In this document: one piece after another, positions 34,014-40,919 of the stretch
Layout of the letters: each line of letters starts with the position of its first letter
Numbering within the stretch: the first letter of the stretch is position 1
From: a virus
Taxonomy: Duplodnaviria; Caudoviricetes
Reading direction: 5' to 3' (one strand)
Virus record (IMG/VR): IMGVR_UViG_3300032227_001232
Span: 1 to 40,919 of that record
DNA length: 40,919 nt
Made by a program: the position numbers and the translations under genes
The notes under the pieces: model-generated
What the model saw: only the letters and a program-made list of their open reading frames with translations
Told to the model about the DNA's origin: nothing
The model's database searches: none

Positions 34014-35396
34014 ATGCGAGCAAGAGAATTCCTAAGACTTATCGAAGACGACCTAACCACCTTAAAACACAAGGTCATAAAATCTATCGAAACCACCGAT
34101 GATGCTACTCTGCTAGACAAAATTTATTCGTCTCTTAATAAAACCAATATTAGCCAGCGAATTGGAGCAGCATTAAATCAAAATGACAGAGATATCAAGA
34201 AATACATAGACGAAATTGTTGAAGTCATTGTTAATACACCCGGTAGGTATGAAGATAAATTACTATTTGCCGAAGGGCTGGACAAGGGATATGTAAATGT
34301 AAAAGAAATGACTTCTGGCAAAAGAGTTCATTTTGAAGATTTACTAACTTCCAATAAAACTGGAGTTCCAATTAGTTTTATCGTCAATGTGTTTAATGGA
34401 TTAAAAAATGTAGGGGAGAAAGAATCAAAAGGTCCTGGTGAATTTGCTTTAGCCGCACTGAGTCCGGATGTTAGTATTTTTGGTGCTGGCGATCTTAAAA
34501 TTGGTAATCAAAATATCGAAGTCAAAGCCTCTGCTGGAGATAGTGCAAGTGGCGGCGGAAGACTAGGATCAACTGGATTTTTACAACATTATCGTGTTCA
34601 TGAGATCATTGACAAATACCTCCCCGGTCAAGTTGATGCCAATGCAAATCTCGGCCTGAAAGCATTTAGTCAACTGCTCAAAAAAGCCAATCTCGATCCT
34701 GCTACCACCAAACAATTTGCCGAAGAATTATTTGGTTATATTTTTGAAGGTAAAGATTGGGCAGATATCAGTCCGCTGGTTAATGCCGTGGTTGCCGGAG
34801 CCGATCTCGACAAACCCTATACCGTGGTGGCATACAATGCCTACCGTGGAAGACCCGAAAATACCAAATTTGATGGCATTATGCTTATGAGTTTCCCCTT
34901 GCAGGAATTGAAATATTATGACGATCCTGAAAAAATGTATGATGACTTATACGCTACCAGTGTTAATTTAATTTCAGCCAATAAAGAATGGGCAGGTAGA
35001 TTAAACCTTCCATCGGTAAGTTTAAGACCCGAAAAGGTTGAGAAGGTTGGAAAAATTAAAAAGAAAGGCGCATCAATCGAAGATGTTGAAAAATGGGCAG
35101 GCCTATATGCTAATTGGATGGTAAGAACAAGAAGAATTAGAACACCCGGGCTGGCTGATGAAATTAAAAATGTTATTATGGATCTTTATTACGAGAACAA
35201 GTTAAACTTTAGTAATCCAAATCCACAAATCTATAAATATTTCCCCCAGTTAAAAAAGAACGCCCCGGTAGATAATTCCGAAGTAGAACCCGACGAAACA
35301 GAAGAACCGGTTGAACCGACTCCTGCCGAAGTCCCTGCCAGTATACAAAATCAAACTCGCACATTAGGTAATAAAATTCCTATGGGTTCTGCCTAA
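34014..35396 (+). CDS. Hypothetical protein with a PD-(D/E)xK-like motif, probably late and virion-packaged
   Basis: TATAAATA 33999-34006, MRAREF N-terminus, GPGEFAL...GDLKIGNQNIEVKAS. Confidence 0.55.
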   Translation: MRAREFLRLIEDDLTTLKHKVIKSIETTDDATLLDKIYSSLNKTNISQRIGAALNQNDRDIKKYIDEIVEVIVNTPGRYEDKLLFAEGLDKGYVNVKEMTSGKRVHFEDLLTSNKTGVPISFIVNVFNGLKNVGEKESKGPGEFALAALSPDVSIFGAGDLKIGNQNIEVKASAGDSASGGGRLGSTGFLQHYRVHEIIDKYLPGQVDANANLGLKAFSQLLKKANLDPATTKQFAEELFGYIFEGKDWADISPLVNAVVAGADLDKPYTVVAYNAYRGRPENTKFDGIMLMSFPLQELKYYDDPEKMYDDLYATSVNLISANKEWAGRLNLPSVSLRPEKVEKVGKIKKKGASIEDVEKWAGLYANWMVRTRRIRTPGLADEIKNVIMDLYYENKLNFSNPNPQIYKYFPQLKKNAPVDNSEVEPDETEEPVEPTPAEVPASIQNQTRTLGNKIPMGSA

Positions 35397-35424
35397 AATC
35401 TGGTATATCCATATAAATAGTTAT

Positions 35425-35796
35425 ATGGACATTTTATTAATTTTAACAGCATTGCAGATCAAGCACTACATTGCTGATTTCTGGATTCAATCCTACGCCC
35501 AAACAATAAAGAAAGGTATCTATTGGGATCCAATTGGATTTAGTCATACATTGGATCATGTCATAGGGACGCTGGTGGCACTGGCTGTTCTCATGCCCTT
35601 TATGACTATCTCACCAGCAATGGCACTAGTGTGTGGTATTATTGATTTAATTGTACACTATCATGTAGATTGGTTAAAGGTACGCTTTGGGTGTAAGGAC
35701 ATTGCTAAACCGAGATTTTGGCGAGAATTTGGAGCAGATCAATTTGCACATCAAATGACCTATTTACTGTTTGCTTATCTACTAATAAATAGATAG
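35425..35796 (+). CDS. DUF3307-family membrane protein
   Basis: KHYIADFWIQ, HTLDH, HYHVDWLK and ADQFAH His/Asp pattern between hydrophobic helices. Confidence 0.8.
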   Translation: MDILLILTALQIKHYIADFWIQSYAQTIKKGIYWDPIGFSHTLDHVIGTLVALAVLMPFMTISPAMALVCGIIDLIVHYHVDWLKVRFGCKDIAKPRFWREFGADQFAHQMTYLLFAYLLINR

Positions 35797-35806
35797 GGGG
35801 CACTAA

Positions 35807-37102
35807 ATGGAACGAAAACTTACCACAATATTTTGTACCGATGTTGTTGGATACAGCCGCATGATGAGTGCCGATGAAGAAGGCACCTTGCAAATACTGG
35901 CTGAATGTCGTAGCATAATCGATCCCATGATCGAAGAATATCGTGGTAGAATTTTTAACAGCGCCGGAGATAGTGTATTGGCCGAATTTGCCAGTCCGGT
36001 AAATGCTGTAAAATTCTCCATTGCTTGCCAAGAAGCACTGTACGAAAGAAATAAAAGAAATCCTAAAAAACCACAAATGCGTTTTCGTATTGGTCTTAAT
36101 TTAGGGGATGTGGTTGTACAGGGCACTAACCTAATGGGTGATGCTGTAAATCTTGCTGCTCGTATCGAAAGCCAAGCCGACTACGGAGGCATTGGTATGA
36201 GCGATGTGGTTTATCAATCCGTAGCAGGTAAAATCACTGATGCTAGGTTCGTCGACCGAGGACTACAGAGTTTTAAGAATATACCCGAACCCGTAAAAAT
36301 ATGGTCTGTTGTTATTACTGGTTCTGAACCTAACCCCTCCTCTACTAAAATTGACAGCGATAAAAGTGTCGCTAAATTTATAGTACCTACTATCAATGAC
36401 GAATCTAGCACAGAGGATGTTATCAAATACTTAATGGCCGATGTTGCTAACTCTAGCATCAGTATGCCAACTGCACAGAAATTTATAAGCAACGGCGATT
36501 ACGAACATGCCTTGCCTATACTGTTAGCGAGAACTGTACGTAATAGAGAACACAGTACATTCGAGATACTAATCGAATTGGCTGAACGACAAGTAATCCC
36601 ACCTAAATTTATAAGAAAAGTAGCCGCAGTATTTCAAGCTGGCAATAAAATGTTAATGAATCCTCGAAGACAGACTGCCTTAGGTAATATGTTTGCATCG
36701 GGGTATTTAGGTGAAAATCGGCGCAATATTAGTTTGCAAATTTGGCGTAACTGCGCCGACAAAGATTTAGAGGCCAAGGTTAATTTAGGTACTGCATTGT
36801 TAACGTTGCCTGATGCAACTAAAAACGAAACAGCCGAAGGTATTGCTGCACTGTTGGAGTCAGGTAAACAGAAAAATGCACAGGCAGCCATTAAATTGGC
36901 TGAATATTATGACGGTATAAATGACAATTCACATGCCTTTCAATGGTATTGGATTGCTCGCTGGTTAAAAGACCCCACTGCACAAACAGGTCTGGAAAAA
37001 ATAGCCACTAGAATTAGCAAACCGGAATTTGGCATGTTTAAGATCAATGCCGAAGCACTGGTTGAAGAAATCGATTGGAACAGTAGAAATAATATATTAT
37101 AA
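35807..37102 (+). CDS. Class III adenylate/guanylate cyclase domain fused to a helical (SEL1/TPR-like) C-terminal region
   Basis: IFCTDVVGYSRMM, AGDSVLAEF, FRIGLNLGDV, GDAVNLAARIE and FKNIPEPV. The C-terminus has AAIKLAEYY...AFQWYWIA. Confidence 0.9.
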   Translation: MERKLTTIFCTDVVGYSRMMSADEEGTLQILAECRSIIDPMIEEYRGRIFNSAGDSVLAEFASPVNAVKFSIACQEALYERNKRNPKKPQMRFRIGLNLGDVVVQGTNLMGDAVNLAARIESQADYGGIGMSDVVYQSVAGKITDARFVDRGLQSFKNIPEPVKIWSVVITGSEPNPSSTKIDSDKSVAKFIVPTINDESSTEDVIKYLMADVANSSISMPTAQKFISNGDYEHALPILLARTVRNREHSTFEILIELAERQVIPPKFIRKVAAVFQAGNKMLMNPRRQTALGNMFASGYLGENRRNISLQIWRNCADKDLEAKVNLGTALLTLPDATKNETAEGIAALLESGKQKNAQAAIKLAEYYDGINDNSHAFQWYWIARWLKDPTAQTGLEKIATRISKPEFGMFKINAEALVEEIDWNSRNNIL

Positions 37103-37114
37103 AAGGATATACCA

Positions 37115-37252
37115 ATGAGTATTTTTGATGATCTAGGCAAGTTTATAAAAGATGTTGCAGAACAAGTAGAGGATGTAGTTGAAGACATCGTAGAAGATAT
37201 TGTCGATATTTTTGACGGTGACGACGAGGACGAGTCTGCCGATGCCGAATAA
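37115..37252 (+). CDS. Acidic 45-aa peptide, candidate substrate or carrier of the adjacent ATP-grasp ligase (not in the ORF track)
   Basis: MSIFDDLGKFIKDVAEQVEDVVEDIVEDIVDIFDGDDEDESADAE*. AAGGA RBS. Overlaps the RimK start by 11 nt. Confidence 0.75.
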   Translation: MSIFDDLGKFIKDVAEQVEDVVEDIVEDIVDIFDGDDEDESADAE

Positions 37253-38135
37253 AAAGCTCTGGATATTGCACTATAACAACAGTGAAAATTTTGAGTCCGA
37301 ACGGCTGTTAGAGGTAGCAAAGGAAAATGGGTTGGATGCCGAACTACTACAACCCAAATACTTTGATGTTATTGTCAGCAAAGGTAGTATCAAAAGCATT
37401 AGATACAACAGTCAACGTGTGGACATGCCCAATTTGGTATTGAGCAGGACCGGCTCTGGCACTAACTACTTTACTTCGGCCCTAATGCGTCAAATTGAAA
37501 AATTCAATATTCCTGTAATTAATTCCAGTGCCAGTGTACTAGGAGTCAAAGACAAGTTACTAACCAGTCAAATGCTGGCCAAAGCCGGCTTGCCCATTCC
37601 CAAAACCATGATGGTTAGCTTTCCAGTCGACGGTGAACTAGTCGAATCTGAAATTGGATTTCCCTGTGTAGTAAAATTCATATCGGGTAGCAAAGGCAAG
37701 GGTGTTTATCTATGCGAAACCCGTAAGTTTTTTGACGACTTGATGGAACTAATTGACAATTTAAAAAGTCGTAAAACATTAATCATACAAGAGTACATGG
37801 GCAATCAGGTAGGCACGGACTTGCGTGTTTGGGTATTGGGCGGAAAAACCATTGCTGCGATGAAACGTACAGCACCGGCCGGTGACTTTCGTGCTAACAT
37901 CAGTCACGGCGGTCATGGCGAACCTTATAAGATTACAGAAGAGATTGACTTCTTGGCTAGAGAAACTGCTAAAACCATGGGACTAGATATTGCCGGAGTT
38001 GATCTGCTATTCGACAATGACGGGTTTAAGATTTGTGAGGCCAACAGCAGTCCTGGTTTTGAGGGTATTGATAAATACTGTAGCACCGATATGGCACAGC
38101 GTATCGTAGACTATGTTAAATTAAAAATACAATAA
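37242..38135 (+). CDS. rimK: RimK-family ATP-grasp ligase (alpha-L-glutamate ligase)
   Basis: DKLLTSQML, LPIPKT, GSKGKGV, IIQEY, DLRVWVLGG, FRANISHGG, AGVDLL and CEANSSPGFEG. Start is probably ATG 37242 (MPNKKLW), with GAGGA upstream. Confidence 0.9.
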   Translation: MPNKKLWILHYNNSENFESERLLEVAKENGLDAELLQPKYFDVIVSKGSIKSIRYNSQRVDMPNLVLSRTGSGTNYFTSALMRQIEKFNIPVINSSASVLGVKDKLLTSQMLAKAGLPIPKTMMVSFPVDGELVESEIGFPCVVKFISGSKGKGVYLCETRKFFDDLMELIDNLKSRKTLIIQEYMGNQVGTDLRVWVLGGKTIAAMKRTAPAGDFRANISHGGHGEPYKITEEIDFLARETAKTMGLDIAGVDLLFDNDGFKICEANSSPGFEGIDKYCSTDMAQRIVDYVKLKIQ

Positions 38136-38144
38136 GGAAATTAA

Positions 38145-38459
38145 ATGAAAAAAATTGCCGCAATGGCCATATTGTTCGGTTTATGTGCGGCACACCCTGC
38201 CAATGCTGAATACAAAACATACACTAGAAAAATAAACTGTGCTCCACTGGCAGAAGTATTGGAAGACCTTAACGGTAGCAACATCAAAGAATTGCCTGTT
38301 TGGATAGGTATTAGCAAGGACCCAGAAATTAGGTATAGTGTATTGGTAAACAAAAAGACTGATACATGGACCATAATTCAATATAATATTGGCGCTGCCT
38401 GTGTGATATCCATAGGCGAAGGTAATCAATTTTTAGATTCTGGCAAAAAAAATCAATAA
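38145..38459 (+). CDS. Small secreted hypothetical protein
   Basis: AAGGA RBS, signal peptide ending ANA, two mature Cys, TWTII...ACVISIG. Confidence 0.7.
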   Translation: MKKIAAMAILFGLCAAHPANAEYKTYTRKINCAPLAEVLEDLNGSNIKELPVWIGISKDPEIRYSVLVNKKTDTWTIIQYNIGAACVISIGEGNQFLDSGKKNQ

Positions 38460-38472
38460 AAACCACTAAAAA

Positions 38473-38515
38473 CGGCCACAAGATAGAGTGGACGCTGGAA
38501 GCTCGTAACCAGCAC
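38473..38515 (+). ncRNA. Candidate small two-hairpin RNA element
   Basis: Hairpins ccac/gtgg and gctgg/ccagc immediately before a terminator. Confidence 0.3.
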
Positions 38516-38516
38516 T

Positions 38517-38540
38517 AAAGAGCTATATGGCTCTTTTTTT
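38517..38540 (+). terminator. Rho-independent terminator
   Basis: aaagagct-atat-ggctcttt with a T7 tail. Confidence 0.75.
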
Positions 38541-38584
38541 ATGAGTATAATAGTCTTGTAATGTTTATGTAGTTAAATAGTATT

Positions 38585-39448
38585 ATGTCGAAAAAAACTT
38601 ACCGCACAATCGCAATTAGTGATGTACATCTTGGTACTAAATCCTGTAAGGCCGAATATCTAAACAATTTTCTCAAGCACAACTCATGTGAAACACTGTA
38701 TCTAGTAGGCGATATTATTGATGCGTGGAAAATTACACAAAATAGACTGCGTTGGCAACAAAGCCATACCAATGTAATACGACGCATATTAGGACATGCC
38801 AAACACGGCACTCGTGTTGTGTATGTGGCTGGTAATCATGATGAATTTCTTAGACCCATGATACCCTATGGTGTCAACTTTGGTCGTATAGAAATTTGTA
38901 ACCAAGCTGTGCATACAGGATTGGATGGACGTCGCTATCTTGTGATACATGGTGATTTGTTTGATGGTATTACCCGCCTAGCCCCCTGGCTCAGTGTCTT
39001 GGGCGATCGTGCATATGATTGTGTGCTCAATATCAATAATAGATTCAACTGGATTCGTCATCGCATGGGATTTGGTTATTGGAGTCTAAGCCAGTGGTTA
39101 AAACATCGTGTTAAAAAAGCCGTGGATTTCATGTTTCAATTTGAACTAAACCTGGCAAATTACTGTAAAAAGAAGGGCTACGATGGCGTGATCTTTGGTC
39201 ATACACATAATCCTGTGATAAAAGAAATAGATAATATTATAGTGATGAATGACGGTGATTTCGTGGAGAGTATTTCAGCATTAGTTGAAACATATGATGG
39301 TGATTGGATACTTATTCACTTAGAAGAAAACGAGTGGCGACCTTTTCAAATATTAGATAGAAAAACAAATCAAATAATAAAAGGACCAGAGTGTATTACT
39401 TGGTTTTTAGAACATGGTTTTTCTATTCTATCTTATTTAGAAAAATAA
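38585..39448 (+). CDS. LpxH-like metallophosphoesterase of the PlcP (phospholipase C) type
   Basis: ISDVHLG, LVGDIIDAW, GNHDE, IHGDLFD, GYWSLS, GHTH and NDGDFVES. Linked to a GT4 gene downstream. Confidence 0.85.
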   Translation: MSKKTYRTIAISDVHLGTKSCKAEYLNNFLKHNSCETLYLVGDIIDAWKITQNRLRWQQSHTNVIRRILGHAKHGTRVVYVAGNHDEFLRPMIPYGVNFGRIEICNQAVHTGLDGRRYLVIHGDLFDGITRLAPWLSVLGDRAYDCVLNINNRFNWIRHRMGFGYWSLSQWLKHRVKKAVDFMFQFELNLANYCKKKGYDGVIFGHTHNPVIKEIDNIIVMNDGDFVESISALVETYDGDWILIHLEENEWRPFQILDRKTNQIIKGPECITWFLEHGFSILSYLEK

Positions 39449-39491
39449 CATGACATATGTTCACATATTACACCGTAGGCATAAATATAAT

Positions 39492-40331
39492 ATGATGAAC
39501 TTAACAGAACTTAAAAATTATCTATCAAATACTATCTATGGGTTAGATGGAAAAATATCTACAGGCAAATTCAAAAGCCTAACAACAGAGGTTAAAGATA
39601 GTATTTTACATTTTACTAATAACTGTCAGTCAAATAAATTATCCGAACGAATTTATTGGATACTAAATGATTTACACGATTATCCTGTAAGATGCAATCA
39701 TCCTAGTTGTAATAGACCAGTGAGATTTAAGGGAAAGTATCGGGGAGTTTTCTGTTCGTATAGTTGTAATTCAAAATATAAGTTGTTGGTGTCCCCAAAT
39801 CCTTTTAGTGGCAAGATAGGAATACAGCGTAGAAAAGATGGTATGATAAAAAAATATGGTGTAGACCATAACATGAAGACCGAAGAGAGTATTACTAAGA
39901 GACAACAAACTTACACTAATAACTACGGTGTTGACCATCCATTAAAATCAAAAGATATCATAGATAATGTAAGAAAGAAAAATGAAGATGCAGGTAGATG
40001 GACTCCGGAAGAGAAAATGGAAGAATTTTATCTGTATAGACGAAAGGTATGGCACTATACCAATCAGCAGCCAGTTAAAACTTTACCAAACTATAATTTG
40101 CGTGGGCCAAACAGTAATAAAAATGCATATTCATTAGACCATATGTATTCTTGCTTTGCTGGATTTAAGAATAATATTCCACCTTATCTAATTGGTAATA
40201 TTGTAAATCTTGAATATATCCCTAATTTTAAAAATTCAAGCAAAAAACAAAATTGTTCGATAACAAAAGAAGAATTGTTTGAAAGATTTGATAGGTATAA
40301 GAATGAAAACAGTACTGATAATAACCGATAA
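39492..40331 (+). CDS. Putative free-standing homing endonuclease (Cys module, YGVDH repeats, HNH-like C-terminus)
   Basis: CNHPSC...FCSYSC, KKYGVDHNMK and NNYGVDHPLK repeats, SLDHMYS...GNIVNLEYIPNFKNSSK. AT-rich and placed between two normally adjacent genes. Confidence 0.6.
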   Translation: MMNLTELKNYLSNTIYGLDGKISTGKFKSLTTEVKDSILHFTNNCQSNKLSERIYWILNDLHDYPVRCNHPSCNRPVRFKGKYRGVFCSYSCNSKYKLLVSPNPFSGKIGIQRRKDGMIKKYGVDHNMKTEESITKRQQTYTNNYGVDHPLKSKDIIDNVRKKNEDAGRWTPEEKMEEFYLYRRKVWHYTNQQPVKTLPNYNLRGPNSNKNAYSLDHMYSCFAGFKNNIPPYLIGNIVNLEYIPNFKNSSKKQNCSITKEELFERFDRYKNENSTDNNR

Positions 40332-40919
40332 TGAACCTGCACAAGTCAATGGCGTTGTTACAACATTTCACAACTTGGAAATCCTTGCTGAACGTGATGG
40401 GTATGATTTTGTTTATCTTGATCCCCGGCAGTTTACTCGTATTCCCTGTCCTGGCTATAGTGAAATCAAACTTAGTTGGACGTGGGGCATTGGTAGGATC
40501 ATTGAAAAAGTAAATCCTGACTACATACACATTGCTACAGAAGGGCCAGTGGGCTTTGCTGCCCGTTGCTGGATGGATTATTGGGGTTGGTGTTACAACA
40601 CCAGTTATCATACTCGTTTCCCCGAGGCTATAAACAAAATTACCGGCATACCCACTGCCTGGAGTTATCGTTATCTACGATGGTTTCATAAACACAGTGG
40701 TCGTGTACTAACTACAACACAAAGCATGGTAGATGATTTGGCTAATCGTGGATTTAGAACTGATATTAAACCTTGGACTCGAGGAGTTGATCGCAACATA
40801 TTTGGTAGTGGTAGTAGAACAGCAACCGAACAATCACAACCTATATTACTAAGTGTAGGCCGTGTTAGCAAAGAAAAGAATTTGGATGTGTTTTGTAGAT
40901 TAGAATACCCGGGTGCTAC
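40303..40919 (+). CDS. Glycosyltransferase family 4 (Agt-like), truncated by the window end (not in the ORF track)
   Basis: MKTVLIITDNEPAQVNGVVTT...IHIATEGPVG...TSYHTRFPE...WTRGVDR...LSVGRVSKEKNL. The frame is open to the window end. Confidence 0.9.
   Translation, partial: MKTVLIITDNEPAQVNGVVTTFHNLEILAERDGYDFVYLDPRQFTRIPCPGYSEIKLSWTWGIGRIIEKVNPDYIHIATEGPVGFAARCWMDYWGWCYNTSYHTRFPEAINKITGIPTAWSYRYLRWFHKHSGRVLTTTQSMVDDLANRGFRTDIKPWTRGVDRNIFGSGSRTATEQSQPILLSVGRVSKEKNLDVFCRLEYPGA

Noticed and set aside
35425-37102. Calling the locus a bona fide Pycsar or CBASS system
   Set aside because: The membrane protein looks like DUF3307 rather than PycTM, and the cyclase resembles rhizobial-type class III enzymes. 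Kept only as an analogy.
36940-37320. Minus-strand Ser-rich 126-aa ORF and other short antisense or alternate-frame ORFs (e.g. 1619-1801, 3085-3267, 22955-23299, 35705-36076, 40228-40611)
   Set aside because: These are shadows of well-supported + strand genes or RNAs, with no RBS or recognisable motifs.
1-40919. Stop-codon reassignment
   Set aside because: Recognisable genes are full length under code 11 and end in TAA, TAG (infA) and TGA (nrdA) at the expected positions.

Overview
The window is a gene-dense segment of a large tailed dsDNA phage, most like the T4-related large or jumbo myophages of aquatic Proteobacteria. It is almost entirely on the + strand and uses the standard genetic code. 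It encodes replication and nucleotide genes (ATP-dependent DNA ligase, class Ia RNR nrdAB, glutaredoxin, several nucleases) and virion-type genes (two duplicated beta-propeller genes, a beta-helix fibre, a PAAR-like tip and probable internal head proteins). It is rich in host-takeover genes: IF-1, bS21, a circularly permuted two-piece tmRNA (tag ANDDYFGEVRLAA), ClpX, ClpS, Hsp20, pirin, a MjaI-family restriction-modification pair, heme oxygenase with a ferredoxin-dependent bilin reductase, and a PlcP-like phosphoesterase with an Agt-like glycosyltransferase separated by a putative homing endonuclease. Four items stand out. (1) A tightly linked locus of a DUF3307 membrane protein, an atypical class III nucleotidyl cyclase, an unannotated 45-aa acidic peptide ending in Glu, and a translationally coupled RimK-family ATP-grasp ligase. 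(2) A stand-alone mini-protein resembling the glutamyl-tRNA reductase (HemA) dimerisation domain, just upstream of the heme and bilin genes. (3) TAAATA late-promoter motifs, many only 4-7 nt from the start codon, implying leaderless mRNAs. (4) Several unexplained structured intergenic RNAs. All family calls come from motif recognition by eye; no database searches were run.
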